Positions 1 through 24,183 of a stretch of 64,000 nucleotides of DNA are shown here, piece by piece. Under the pieces are notes generated by a model that ran no database searches, was not told where the DNA came from, and worked only from the letters and a program-made list of their open reading frames with translations. The stretch's first letter is position 1. Every line of letters starts with the position of its first letter. Source of the stretch: Amoebidium appalachense (lineage: Eukaryota > Protista > Ichthyosporea); contig CAVNZM010000001.1 in NCBI GenBank assembly GCA_963693365.1, forward strand, positions 124,001 through 188,000, given 5' to 3'. Both the position numbers and the translations under genes were made by a program.

Positions 1-1343
1 GGTGGTGGGAGGGTGGTGGGTAGGCAAGTAGAAGGGTGTGTGTGTGTGTGCGTGTGTGTGTGTGGGTGGGTGTGGGTGGGTGGTGGGAGGGTGGTGGGTA
101 GGCAAGTAGAAGGGTGTGTGTGTGTGTGCATGTGTGTGTGTGGGTGGGTGTGGGTGGGTGGTGGGAGGGTGGTGGGTAGGCAAGTAGAAGGGTGTGTGTG
201 TGTGTGCGTGTGTGTGTGTGGGTGGGTGTGGGTGGGTGGTGGGAGGGGTGGTGGGTAGGCAAGTAGAAGGGTGTGTGTGTGTGTGCGTGTGTGTGTGTGG
301 GTGGGTGTGGGTGGGTGGTGGGAGGGTGGTGGGTAGGCAAGTAGAAGGGTGTGTGTGTGTGTGCGTGTGTGTGTGTGGGTGGGTGTGGGTGGGTGGTGGG
401 AGGGTGGTGGGTAGGCAAGTAGAAGGGTGTATGTGTGTGTGCGTGTGTGTGTGTGGGTGGGTGTGGGTGGGTGGTGGGAGGGTGGTGGGTAGGCAAGTAG
501 AAGGGTGTGTGTGTGTGCGTGTGTGTGTGTGGGTGGGTGTGGGTGGGTGGTGGGAGGGTGGTGGGTAGGCAAGTAGAAGGGTGTGTGTGTGTGTGCGTGT
601 GTGTGTGTGGGTGGGTGTGGGTGGGTGGTGGGAGGGTGGTGGGTAGGCAAGTAGAAGGGTGTGTGTGTGTGTGCGTGTGTGTGTGTGGGTGGGTGTGGGT
701 GGGTGGTGGGAGGGTGGTGGGTAGGCAAGTAGAAGGGTGTGTGTGTGTGTGCGTGTGTGTGTGTGGGTGGGTGTGGGTGGGTGGTGGGAGGGTGGTGGGT
801 AGGCAAGTAGAAGGGTGTGTGTGTGTGTGCGTGTGTGTGTGTGGGTGGGTGTGGGTGGGTGGTGGGAGGGTGGTGGGTAGGCAAGTAGAAGGGTGTGTGT
901 GTGTGTGCGTGTGTGTGTGTGGGTGGGTGTGGGTGGGTGGTGGGAGGGTGGTGGGTAGGCAAGTAGAAGGGTGTGTGTGTGTGTGCGTGTGTGTGGGTGG
1001 GTGGGTGTGGGTGGGTGGTGGGAGGGTGGTGGGTAGGCAAGTAGAAGGGTGTGTGTGTGTGTGCGTGTGTGTGTGTGGGTGGGTGTGGGTGGGTGGTGGG
1101 TAGGCAAGTAGAAGGGTGTGTGTGTGTGTGCGTGTGTGTGTGTGGGTGGGTGTGGGTGGGTGGTGGGAGGGTGGTGGGTAGGCAAGTAGAAGGGTGTGTG
1201 TGTGTGTGCGTGTGTGTGTGGGTGGGTGTGGGTGGGTGGTGGGAGGGTGGTGGGTAGGCAAGTAGAAGGGTGTGTGTGTGTGTGCGTGTGTGTGTGTGGG
1301 TGGGTGTGGGTGGGTGGTGGGAGGGTGGTGGGTAGGCAAGTAG

Positions 1344-1387
<44 letters not shown>

Positions 1388-1700
1388 GGGTGGGTGGTGG
1401 GAGGGTGGTGGGTAGGCAAGTAGAAGGGTGTGTGTGTGTGTGCGTGTGTGTGTGTGGGTGGGTGTGGGTGGGTGGTGGGAGGGTGTTGGGTAGGCAAGTA
1501 GAAGGGTGTGCGTGTGTGTGGGTGGGTGGGTGTGGGTGGGTGTGGGTGGGTGGTGGGAGGGTGTTGGGTAGGCAAGTAGAAGGGTGTGCGTGTGTGTGGG
1601 TGTGGGTGGGTGTGGGTGGGTGGTGGGAGGGTGTTGGGTAGGCAAGTAGAAGGGTGTGCGTGTGTGTGTGTGGGTGGGTGTGGGTGGGTGTGGGTGGGTG
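1..1700. repeat. Minisatellite, ~78-bp unit (core GGGTAGGCAAGTAGAAGG plus GT/GGGT tracts), ~22 copies, inside a RanGAP intron
   Basis: Core TAGGCAAGTAGAAG recurs at 21, 99, 177 and onward; units shorten and diverge after ~1480. Confidence 0.95.
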
Positions 1701-1725
1701 GGGGGAAGGGGGGTGGGTATTTTAC

Positions 1726-12078
<10,353 letters not shown>

Positions 12079-13550
12079 GTTGCCGATGTGCCGCGCTGAC
12101 CGGTCGTTCAAGCTCTACAGACACTGTCCTCGGCACTACTCAGCGAGGCCCCTTGCAGCCTACGGTATAGAGCCGTGTAAGACGTGCAAAAAAAGTTGAA
12201 AGCATGACTCGAGCGGAGGGCCTTTTAGGGGTTTCGAATTCGGAAGCTCACGTGTCGAATCACAGAAAGCCCGCCAAACCTGACCTGGCCAATCAAAACG
12301 CTCCTTATATGTGCCCGTTGGTAACACCACGGCCATCTAGAAACACCTCGTGGGTAACACTGATGACGTATGACGGTGACTCATGGTGAGTCACCCCCTG
12401 TATATATGAACTACACAGTTCAAGTTGTAGGTACATATAACTTGCGCCCCCGAAGCACGGAACCGGAAGCAAGGTGACCCTTCATCGTATAAGCTAGGGA
12501 TCGAAATCGATTTGTTTACGTGTCGCAGCATGTCCTACAGATTTATGCCACTAGGCGAGTTGTGCATGTGCGCACGCGTTCGTGTGCACGTGCACAACAG
12601 GAACTCCTGAGAGACCTTGTAAAGAAACTGCACCTGCATGTGTACCGGGCTACTAAGCTTGCACTTGGGAGGCTGCTAACAATACGTAAACGCCGCTTTA
12701 TTTGGTCTACAGAACGAAAGTGGATGTAAAATGAGACAACTACTCAAAACATGCAACGCTCGGTGAGCAACTTTGCGGTGTTGAATAAGTACTAGTGCAT
12801 AGATTTTTCTTTTTTTTTTTTTGCCTACTGAAGGCGAGGGCCAGGGAGGGGGGGGGGGGGGGGGGGGGGGGGGTAATGAGCAGATGAGCGCAATACATAG
12901 GTCATATCGTACAAGGTCATAGAAACCGACTAAAGTTTGGACGCAAATATGCACTCCTATTCCTTTGCAATGCATTACCGTATTGAAGTGCTGAAGAAGT
13001 TACGAGGGGTGGGGCAAGCTTTCCGGTGATAGAAAGGAGATGTAGACAGGGGCCCTTGAATCACCGTCGCCACTTCATTTGAGCTTGACAGTCTTTCTAT
13101 GGATGCAAACTTCACGGCTTCAAGGCTTCACAGTTTCAACGGTGCCCCGGCCGTAGTCACTTTGAGTGCTGTCTCCCTGCGGCCCGGCTCAACATACCTT
13201 GTACGTATATCGCCCGTCCCGCGGCGTAGTAGTGCTCAGCCACTTACGGTAAGCCAGTAGGTACATAGCCTTGGGGACCACATATACCCCTGTCGCGGTG
13301 CGGCTTGCAAGTGCATACATGCGCGCCAAAGGCAAGGCAGCACCTCAGTGATACGGTTCAAAGTCCCAGGCAACCAATTCAAAATGACCTAAAAAATCAG
13401 ATAAGCCTTAAAAAGTAGTTTTTAATTGGCTCTCGCGATAGGCGACTCATCAAGGCCCCTGCCAGCGCACAACGTTAAAGGAGTTGGAGTTGTTCACAGG
13501 TGGTTAGTTCGTTGTGGACCGCAGAGCTCGAACGCACATCAACATACACC
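12079..13550. promoter_or_regulatory. Divergent promoter region between RanGAP and the plus-strand gene
   Basis: Start codons diverge at 12078 (-) and 13551 (+). Contains CCAATCA ~12289, a palindromic double TGACTCA at 12375-12395, a TATA-like motif ~12401 and CCGGAAG ~12463. Confidence 0.5.
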
Positions 13551-15814
13551 ATGGCACCCAACAACGACGTCAAAAGTATCGAGGAGCTGAACAAACTCTT
13601 TGGCGGGGTGGTTGCGAAGGAGGAGGCCGCCGAAGGGCGTCTCCTCATTGTGCCCCTGTCCTCCAAAAATTACAAGGCCAACCTTGCGGATAACGGGCTG
13701 GACGAGTACATCAGAGCTCTGGAACTGGGCAGCGTGGAGGTGCGCTGTGCATGCCGAATTCAAACAGAGTCTGCGAGAAAATTTGCGTGTGTGTTGGCTA
13801 GTGTGCAACTGGCTCCAAATGTTAACATCTGGTGGCAGCCGGGTTCGCAGTCGTGTGTGGGAGGCAGCCAGCGGCAGCTATGTATAAAGAGATCAGTTGT
13901 GTGGGAGGGTGAATGCGCGCTAACAGTAGCATGTGGTCAGGTGTGGCGCTCTGCGAAGAGCGATCGGCAACTGTAAGTTTTCCGAGCAACGTGGCACGGG
14001 GCCAAGTTTGCCGGGATCCGGTTAGCACGGGAGTGAGAGTGACGGGATCTTCAAATTGCAGTAGCACTGATTGACAGGATGACCGGTTGTTGCTAGGGAT
14101 CGGCGTGTTTACTTACTCCCAACTATGTTTTGCCTCCAGGTGCAGAGCCACGCAGCCCGACAGCTAGGCCGTATGGCGCTATTTGAGCCACTCCGACAGC
14201 CGCTCCTAGACAGAGGGGTGGTGGGTCTGGTGGCAGGGGTACTGAAGGCTGCACCCAAGCCAGTGGACAAGGGGCTGTGTGAGAACTGCAGCTCGTTTGT
14301 CAGCAACATGCTGCTGGCTACATACACACACCATCCGGATACCAAGGTGTGTGGTGTGGGTGAGGCTGAGTGGTTTCTCACATAAAGGGAGGGGATGGGG
14401 AAGAGTGCTTTTGGCACCAAAAGGGGGTTCTGGAAGAGGGGTTGGGTGGGGGGAGAAGGGCAGGTGAGGGGGGAGCGGGAAGGGGCAATGAGCTGGACAC
14501 GGTTTTGGTCGGCATTTTGTTTGCTCTCGAACTTGTGCTGGTTGTTTCTAATGGTTTCTGCCGTTTCCCATACTTTATTTTTGTTTGTCTGACGCGTGGA
14601 AAAGTGAGAGTTTAAGTTTCATACCGTTAGCTTTGAAACATGCCCGAGCCCCCCCCCCCCCCCCCCCCTCCCCTCGCTTTCTAAGAAACCCCCCTAGTGT
14701 TAGCTCTGTTCATGTGTATGGGTTTCCTTTTCTTTTTTTTTTCTTTTTTTTTTTTTTTTTGTGGGGGGGGGGGGGGGGGAGGGAGGTTCGTGTTGTCGTT
14801 TCTTCTCCTCCACGTCTCCGACTCTCAAATGCATCTGGCGTCCCCCCCCCTCCTCCCCCCTTCCCCCCCCCCCCTCCCCCCGGGGCCCGTCTTTCCATCC
14901 TCATTTGCCAAGCCCCCCACACCAGGCCCAGCCACACAACCCCCCCCTCCCCCCAGACACACACACACACACACACACCAAAAGAGGAAAATGTTTTACT
15001 TTGATCACAACTCGTCCCCTCGTCCCTTCCCTCGGTGCCCTCAAAACAGGGGGTTTGAAAATATCCTCAGCCCCCCCCCCCCCCCCCCCCCCCTTTATTT
15101 TTCTGCTAATAAACCGCTGCACAACCCATCCAAAAAGTACTGTCTTTTAGCCCTCTACCCCCCACCACATACAGCAGTCATTCCATCTTGCATTGACTTT
15201 AACGGTCTTTTATCCCCCAGGCCCATGCGAAGAAAGTCTCTGAGTACGGGGCTGACCTCCTCTTCATTTTGAATGAGTGCCTCATGGGGGCACCAGACAA
15301 GAGTGCAGTGGTGGCTGCTGTGTCCTATGCTCTGCACATGATCAGTCAGTGCAAAGAGACTGGACACCTGATGCTGAAGACGGGGGATAAGACGGTGCGT
15401 GCGCGCCACACATAAATACTCGAAACATGCATATTGCCGTTACGCTGACTCATGAGAACATGCACGAACACTTGTAGGCTGTATGGCTACCTTACGAGCC
15501 ATGCACAAGTCAACAACATGTACAACAGTACTGTAGTTTTTGATTTTGGAAGATGCTGTAGTATTCTGTGAGGCGCCTCGTGTGGGGGTGGCGGGGGTGG
15601 GGGGGGGGGGGGGTGGGGGAGGGGCTGGAAGGTAAAAGATGGGTTTGGGGAGTAGGGGGGATCAGGCATATTGGGAGGAGAGCCTGAAATGTGCATTTGC
15701 CTGCGTGTGTGGGTGGACGGGGGGGCAGGGCGGTGGGTGGGAAGTGGGGAGCGGGAGGGGGAGGGGGGGACAGGCAAATTGGCGGGGGGAAAGGGGAGGG
15801 GTGGGGAGGGGGGA

Positions 15815-15848
<34 letters not shown>

Positions 15849-16133
15849 AAACACTCTGGGAAAACTGGGAAACCGAAGCGAGGGTTTGGTTGTGTTTGTG
15901 AGGTTGGGAGGAGAGGAGGGAATAATGAAGGAGGCAGATGTTGATAGCATTCAGTGTAGCCGCTCGATCGACTGCAGACTATGAGCCATTTTCCCCACTC
16001 TAAAAGTTTATTTTGCAGTTTAACTTTACCGTTGACCCGATACAATGTACCACTTTAGCTGCATGCACTGCACTTACCCTCCCCATTTCTTGCCGCATCC
16101 CTCCGGTGCGATCAATTTTGACATGACTGCCTA

Positions 16134-16226
<93 letters not shown>

Positions 16227-17014
16227 TGCAGACAAACAAAACAACACACTTGGGCCTGTTCTAACACACAATTCCACATACACAGGTGGACAATCTGTAT
16301 GAGTTCCTACTGCGCAATGCCAATGGTGAGACTGAGGCCCAGAACACACCTGTGGTCAAGCAGGCCATTGAGTCCATACACACCCTGGTCACACAGGCAC
16401 TGGAGGGCACAAGTGAGGTGGGTGTGGGCTCCTCCTTTGTCCATACTTTCTTGTTAGTGGGGAAGGCAGGCTTTAAAACAGCGAAACTCTTTCAACACGA
16501 AGTGGGGTGGAGGGCACAGAATCAAAGAGATTTTTGTAGTGACATGGGAAGGTCAATGCGCGGGTATAAACATTGTAGGGCACGTGAGATAACATATTTT
16601 GTCTATCAGTGGAAAGGCAGAGATCTCGGGACCCTGTTTCTTTTTTTTTTTTTTGCCTTTTTTTTTTTTTTTGGGGGGGGGGGGGGGGGACATGCTTTAT
16701 GCTGGAGGGTTGGACATGACATTGGACACGGAAAAGTGGGGTAGGGGGAGGGGAGAGGGGGTTGGGGGGGAGGTGGTAGCTTGCCATTCCCTTCCGTTCA
16801 CCACCCTTTCCCTCCCCACGCACCCCCCCGGGAAGGAGGGAAGGGGGGGGGGGCGATACAGGTGAAGGAAGGGAAGGCCGCAAGGCCTGCACAGTAGGGA
16901 GGGAGAGGAGGTGGGGGCGGTTCGGGGGGTCACGGTGAGGGGGGACGACGGAGGGGGAAGGGGGAGTGGTGGGAAGGGGGCGAGTGTTTTTTTTTGTTTT
17001 TTTTTTGTTTTTTT

Positions 17015-17045
<31 letters not shown>

Positions 17046-17669
17046 GAAGGGGGGGGGCAGATGGGAGAACACGATGAGGGGACGCGGGGGTGATGGAAAG
17101 GGGGGGAGCGAGGAAAGATGTGTGCTCTATGTTTGTGTGTATGGGCAGAAGGGCGGGAGGGGGGGGGGGGGGGGGGGGGGAGCGAGGAAAGATGTGTGCT
17201 CTATGTTTGTGTGTATGGGGAGAAGGGCGGGAGGGGGGGGGGGGGGGGGGGGAGCGAGGAAAGATGTGTGCTCTATGTTTGTGTGTATGGGCAGAAGGGC
17301 GGGGGGGGGGGGGGGGGGGGGGGGGGGGGAGCGAGGAAAGATGTGTGCTCTATGTTTGTGTGTATGGGCAGAAGGGGCGGGGGGGGGGGGGGGGGGGGGG
17401 GAGCGAGGAAAGATGTGTGCTCTATGTTTGTGTGTATGGGCAGAAGGGCGGGGGGGGGGGGGGGGGGGGGGGGGGGAGCGAGGAAAGATGTGTGCTCTAT
17501 GTTTGTGTGTATGGGCAGAAGGGCGGGGGGGGGGGGGGGGGGGGGGAGCGAGGAAAGATGTGTGCTCTATGTTTGTGTGTATGGGCAGAAGGGGCGGGGG
17601 GGGGGGGGGGGGGGGGGGGGGGAGCGAGGAAAGATGTGTGCTCTATGTTTGTGTGTATGGGCAGAAGGG

Positions 17670-17701
<32 letters not shown>

Positions 17702-18685
17702 GCGAGGAAAGATGTGTGCTCTATGTTTGTGTGTATGGGCAGAAGGGCGGGGGGGGGGGGGGGGGGGGGGGGAGCGAGGAAAGATGTGTGCTCTATGTTT
17801 GTGTGTATGGGCAGAAGGGCGGGAGGGGGGGGGGGGGGGAGCGAGGAAAGATGTGTGCTCTATGTTTGTGTGTATGGGCAGAAGGGCGGGGGGGGGGGGG
17901 GGGGGGGGGGAGCGAGGAAAGATGTGTGCTCTATGTTTGTGTGTATGGGCAGAAGGGCGGGGGGGGGGGGGGGGGGGGGGGAGCGAGGAAAGATGTGTGC
18001 TCTATGTTTGTGTGTATGGGCAGAAGGGCGGGGGGGGGGGGGGGGGGGGGGGGGGGGGAGCGAGGAAAGATGTGTGCTCTATGTTTGTGTGTATGGGCAG
18101 AAGGGCGGGGGGGGGGGGGGGGGGGGGGAGCGAGGAAAGATGTGTGCTCTATGTTTGTGTGTATGGGCAGAAGGGCGGGGGGGGGGGGGGGGGGGGGGGG
18201 GGGAGCGAGGAAAGATGTGTGCTCTATGTTTGTGTGTATGGGCAGAAGGGCGGGGGGGGGGGGGGGGGGGGGGAGCGAGGAAAGATGTGTGCTCTATGTT
18301 TGTGTGTATGGGCAGAAGGGCGGGAGGGGGGGGGGGGGGGGAGCGAGGAAAGATGTGTGCTCTATGTTTGTGTGTATGGGCAGAAGGGCGGGAGGGGGGG
18401 GGGGGGGGGGGGGGGGGGGGAGCGAGGAAAGATGTGTGCTCTATGTTTGTGTGTATGGGCAGAAGGGCGGGGGGGGGGGGGGGGGGGGGGAGCGAGGAAA
18501 GATGTGTGCTCTATGTTTGTGTGTATGGGCAGAAGGGCGGGGGGGGGGGGGGGGGGGGGGGGGGAGCGAGGAAAGATGTGTGCTCTATGTTTGTGTGTAT
18601 GGGCAGAAGGGCGGGGGGGGGGGGGGGGGGGGGGGGGGAGCGAGGAAAGATGTGTGCTCTATGTTTGTGTGTATGGGCAGAAGGG

Positions 18686-18725
<40 letters not shown>

Positions 18726-18771
18726 GCGAGGAAAGATGTGTGCTCTATGTTTGTGTGTATGGGCAGAAGGG

Positions 18772-18803
<32 letters not shown>

Positions 18804-18995
18804 GCGAGGAAAGATGTGTGCTCTATGTTTGTGTGTATGGGCAGAAGGGCGGGGGGGGGGGGGGGGGGGGGGAGCGAGGAAAGATGTGTGCTCTATGTTT
18901 GTGTGTATGGGCAGAAGGGCGGGGGGGGGGGGGGGGGGGGGGGGGGGGAGCGAGGAAAGATGTGTGCTCTATGTTTGTGTGTATGTGCAGAAGGG

Positions 18996-19030
<35 letters not shown>

Positions 19031-19146
19031 GGCGAGGAAAGATGTGTGCTCTATGTTTGTGTGTATGGGCAGAAGGGCGGGGGGGGGGGGGGGGGGGGGA
19101 GCGAGGAAAGATGTGTGCTCTATGTTTGTGTGTATGGGCAGAAGGG

Positions 19147-19180
<34 letters not shown>

Positions 19181-19543
19181 GCGAGGAAAGATGTGTGCTC
19201 TATGTTTGTGTGTATGGGCAGAAGGGCGGGAGGGGGGGGGTTGGGGGGAGGGGGAGGGGATGGGCAGACAGAATAGGGGACGGTTTGTTATAATGTTTCA
19301 CACAGCCACTGCACACTCCCTTTTTCTCCCTCTCCTCCCTCCTTCCCATTTCGCCTCCCTTCCTCAGTCACTCCCCCCATTCCTGCCTCTCCCCTCCACT
19401 CCCCACCCAATCCCTTTCTCCCTCCCTAACCCCTCCTCTGTGCCTCCCTTCCCCCCTCTCCCTCTCTCCTCCTCCGTTCTCCCTTTCGGGCTTCCTTACC
19501 TTCCCCATCCCCCCGTCCCCCTTCCACCCCACCACCACCACCA

Positions 19544-19640
<97 letters not shown>

Positions 19641-19843
19641 AGTGACAAAGTGTGTCTGTCTTGCATTTGCACCATCCCCACATGCAGCTCAAGACACAAC
19701 CCCTGACAATACACAAGTACACAACCCCATCAACATAATCTCGCATAATGCTATCATCCGCTGCACCCCCCCCCCGCTCCCCCCTGCACGCCAACTATGC
19801 ATGCACACACCAAAAAAAAAAAAAAAGACTGGAATTCCTTACA

Positions 19844-19895
<52 letters not shown>

Positions 19896-20015
19896 GGCGG
19901 ACACATCAGTTGTTCCTGGTGTGTCCCCCGCCATTGCCAGGTGCATGCTTGAGGGGGGGGGGGGGGAGCGAGGAAAGATGTGTGCTCTATGTTTGTGTGT
20001 ATGGGCAGAAGGGCG

Positions 20016-20046
<31 letters not shown>

Positions 20047-20093
20047 AGCGAGGAAAGATGTGTGCTCTATGTTTGTGTGTATGGGCAGAAGGG

Positions 20094-20125
<32 letters not shown>

Positions 20126-20404
20126 GCGAGGAAAGATGTGTGCTCTATGTTTGTGTGTATGGGCAGAAGGGGCGGGGGGGGGGGGGGGGGGGGGGGGGGG
20201 GGAGCGAGGAAAGATGTGTGCTCTATGTTTGTGTGTATGGGCAGAAGGGCGGGGGGGGGGGGGGGGGGGGGGGGGGAGCGAGGAAAGATGTGTGCTCTAT
20301 GTTTGTGTGTATGGGCAGAAGGGGGGGGCGGGGGGGGGGGGGGGGGGGGGGGGGGGGAGCGAGGAAAGATGTGTGCTCTATGTTTGTGTGTATGGGCAGA
20401 AGGG

Positions 20405-20446
<42 letters not shown>

Positions 20447-21174
20447 GCGAGGAAAGATGTGTGCTCTATGTTTGTGTGTATGGGCAGAAGGGCGGGGGGG
20501 GGGGGGGGGGGGGGGGAGCGAGGAAAGATGTGTGCTCTATGTTTGTGTGTATGGGCAGAAGGGCGGGGGGGGGGGGGGGGGGGGGGGGGGGAGCGAGGAA
20601 AGATGTGTGCTCTATGTTTGTGTGTATGTGCAGAAGGGCGGGGGGGGGGGGGGGGGGGGGGGGGGGAGCGAGGAAAGATGTGTGCTCTATGTTTGTGTGT
20701 ATGGGCAGAAGGGCGGGGGGGGGGGGGGGGGGGGGAGCGAGGAAAGATGTGTGCTCTATGTTTGTGTGTATGGGCAGAAGGGCGGGGGGGGGGGGGGGGG
20801 GGGGGGGGGGGGAGCGAGGAAAGATGTGTGCTCTATGTTTGTGTGTATGGGCAGAAGGGCGGGAGGGGGGGTTGGGGGGAGGGGGAGGGGATGGGCAGAC
20901 AGAATAGGGGACGGTTTGTTATAATGTTTCACACAGCCACTGCACACTCCCTTTTTCTCCCTCTCCTCCCTCCTTCCCATTTCGCCTCCCTTCCTCAGTC
21001 ACTCCCCCCATTCCTGCCTCTCCCCTCCACTCCCCACCCAATCCCTTTCTCCCTCCCTAACCCCTCCTCTGTGCCTCCCTTCCCCCCTCTCCCTCTCTCC
21101 TCCTCCGTTCTCCCTTTCGGGCTTCCTTACCTTCCCCATCCCCCCGTCCCCCTTCCACCCCACCACCACCACCA

Positions 21175-21272
<98 letters not shown>

Positions 21273-21476
21273 AGTGACAAAGTGTGTCTGTCTTGCATTT
21301 GCACCATCCCCACATGCAGCTCAAGACACAACCCCTGACAATACACAAGTACACAACCCCATCAACATAATCTCGCATAATGCTATCATCCGCTGCACCC
21401 CCCCCCCGCTCCCCCCTGCACGCCAACTATGCATGCACACACCAAAAAAAAAAAAAAAAGACTGGAATTCCTTACA

Positions 21477-21533
<57 letters not shown>

Positions 21534-21726
21534 CGGACACATCAGTTGTTCCTGGTGTGTCCCCCGCCATTGCCAGGTGCATGCTTGAGACTGTGGCGCG
21601 GTGGCACATGGAGTTCCATCCGTGGTCGTGGATCAGCAAGCCAACAGTGGCACAGTTTGCACCAAGAATGCTGCAGGAGTACATCCAGCAACAGATGCTG
21701 TGCACACAGGTATTTTGGCAAGGGGG

Positions 21727-21759
<33 letters not shown>

Positions 21760-21770
21760 GGGGAAGGGGG

Positions 21771-21842
<72 letters not shown>

Positions 21843-22011
21843 GGACGGATAGCTTTAAAGTTTAAAGAAAAAGTGTGAGCAGCTTGAGGGGGAAAAAAGC
21901 TATAGGGTCGGCGGTAGGTGTTTCATGTGGAGGGTCAGTGCTTGAGTATGCCAAGTTGATGCACTGGGCTATGGTAATATTTACTAAGGTAGCCAAGGAA
22001 GCATCCGTTCT

Positions 22012-22064
<53 letters not shown>

Positions 22065-22516
22065 GGTTGTGTGATATGGGATTGCCTAGTGTGTCTGCAT
22101 GGTGGTGCTCGAGCGTTGAAGACTTTTATTCACATGGGCCCTGGTGGGAGATGAATTAGTAAGAGTATTATGCAGGCATTTGGTTAGCTTCTAGCAGGTA
22201 GAACCATGCGGTTCTTCAAAGAGACTCAATAAACTAATCCTAACGAGTGCAGGTGCTGACATCATGGGTTGCGCGTGATTGGGCAGCACATGGCAACCAG
22301 GGGGACGTCAAGAAGGATGACACGGTCTTTGGGATTATAGTGCAGCTGGGCAGGCAGATCTGTGCGATGAGAGAGGGTGAGCTGCCACTCACGATTAGCG
22401 ATGAGGGCGTGCGACTGGCGGTTGCTATGGTCTCGCCGAATCGGATTGCAGCTGAGGAAAGCGCTGAGTATCTGGAAAAGGAAATGGGAGGCAAGAAGGT
22501 GCGCGGCAGGAAATAG
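13551..22516 (+). CDS. Uncharacterised alpha-helical protein, possibly ARM/HEAT-like; 6 exons
   Basis: Exons 13551-13739, 14140-14346, 15221-15394, 16286-16417, 21533-21709, 22253-22516. All phase-0 GT-AG junctions give one open frame (MAPNNDVK...[31 protein letters not shown]...KKVRGRK*). Family not recognised; the 3' end could splice further. Confidence 0.72.
17105..19240. repeat. Minisatellite: constant ~50-bp unit GAGCGAGGAAAGATGTGTGCTCTATGTTTGTGTGTATGGGCAGAAGGGC plus variable poly-G, ~30 copies (intronic)
   Basis: Directly visible; source of the 700-860 aa artefact ORFs. Confidence 0.95.
19897..19953 (+). pseudogene. Truncated duplicate of the first 57 nt of exon 5 of the plus-strand gene (pseudo-exon)
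   Basis: Identical to 21533-21589, then breaks into poly-G and the minisatellite. Keeps an AG acceptor but has no donor. Confidence 0.75.
19965..20870. repeat. Second block of the same minisatellite, ~13 copies
   Basis: Same unit as 17105-19240, followed by the same unique flank. Confidence 0.95.
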
Positions 22517-23467
22517 ATTTTGATTGGCCCTGGTTGTTAAGGAGAGGGGTTACGTTGAATGTTGTATGCAAAGAAACGGTGTGAACGGTGGCAGTTATTG
22601 ATTGCTTCCGTACTTGTGTACACTCATGTATAGGCGTTTTACCTTGTGATCAGCATTGGTTTTAGTATTTGAGTATACATTTAGACTAGGTGTGTGTAGT
22701 GCCCGTGCATATGTAAATATGTGTATTTGCTGCAATTCCTCATATTCTGATGGAAACACTCCAACGTATACGTACCATAATTGCTATGTACTGCACACTT
22801 GTTCATGCCGGCAGAGCACGAATGTTAAACGCGACGCTGTATGCTTTAGCTTGTGAGTGAGTCCCTAGCCCGGGGTCATGCATATGTGAGTGGGTTCGCA
22901 AACTCGGGAATGTAATAACTATTGAACTAATGATTGCAACATTCCTACTTTTGCACTCTAATATTGTTTGCCCTGATGATCCATGTGTATGTGTCCTGGG
23001 GTGTACTTATAAGGATCATTGGATTACCCAGCCCTTGTCCCTCTCGATCTGTCCTCTTCTTGTACATGTATGCACCTATGGCACGCGGCATGCGCATGGA
23101 GGTTGCTATGCACGTGCGCATCACCGGGATCCCCCTAGGCTTCCCCCTCGAGCTCCCCCACCTGCTCCTCCTCCACCGTGGCACTTGCCACCTCGCATGC
23201 CCTTAGACTAGCTGTCGGGCGGGCGTCGGAGGCACAGTGCCACCGCCAGGGCCCGGGCCCAGCTGCCAGCTGCAGGCCGCGGACACCGTCGGCGTGGCAC
23301 ATGTATCCCAGCTGGCTCTCCGAATGTCAAAAGATTTATAGCTGTGTAGCATCAACGTTTCAATTGCAAGTGTGTGTGGGTGTGTGGGTGTTTTGGTGGG
23401 GGAGGGTGTGTGTGTGTAGTGTGTGTGTGTGCGTGTGCGTGCATGTGGTGGTGGTGGCCGTGTGTGT

Positions 23468-23542
<75 letters not shown>

Positions 23543-24183
23543 ATGATCGTTGTTCGGGGGAAATCTGTGTAACATCAACATTCAAGTGTGTTGGCACAGT
23601 CGACTGTGTGTGTGTGTCAGGAGTGTGTGTGTGGGAGGGGGGGAGGGGGGGGGGGGGGAATCTGCATGTTCGTCTCAGTCAATCATTCGCCTCGGATGAG
23701 TACGTGCATGCACGTGCACGCGTATCTAATGAAGGTGTATGCCTGGTGGCCCGGCTCTGGCATGCGTACGTAGAAAATGTTGAGGTGTCATACATGCACA
23801 CTCACAGCTCCTGTACCGCTCCAGTAGGATGATTTGCAATTCCTTAACTGTTTTCGCCGACCTTTTCTTTTCTGTATATATATCAGCATTATAGCATTTT
23901 GTTCTACTTGTTATAGATATGCCCTGGCCCAAAACTCTATGCAGGAGTATAGGAAGGAATGGCAAACCGTGCATGCAGGTAATCCCATTTGTCTAGACTA
24001 AGCTCTCGACCTATTTGAATCTCTCTGTAATCGTAATCACTCAGACTTTGTTTGCACAGGTATGTGCTTACATGCTCAGTTACCTAGGCATTCCCTATCC
24101 AGCCTAGCTCTGCTTTCTTATATCAATTAACACACTTCAGCTCACACTAACATCCTTGCCTACTAAACCCCTTACCCAAGTGT

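Noticed and set aside
13300-13400. Possible tRNA (GGTTCAA T-loop-like word)
   Set aside because: No cloverleaf or acceptor stem could be built.
17105-20870. CRISPR-like array (constant repeat with variable spacers)
   Set aside because: The spacers are only poly-G of varying length, there are no cas genes, and it lies in a eukaryotic intron. It is a minisatellite.
16966-21277. Long Gly-rich ORFs of 300-860 aa
   Set aside because: Open in all three frames only because the repeat unit lacks stop codons; intronic.
23000-23370. GC-rich stretch resembling a coding exon
   Set aside because: No recognisable protein motif and no consistent splice partners.
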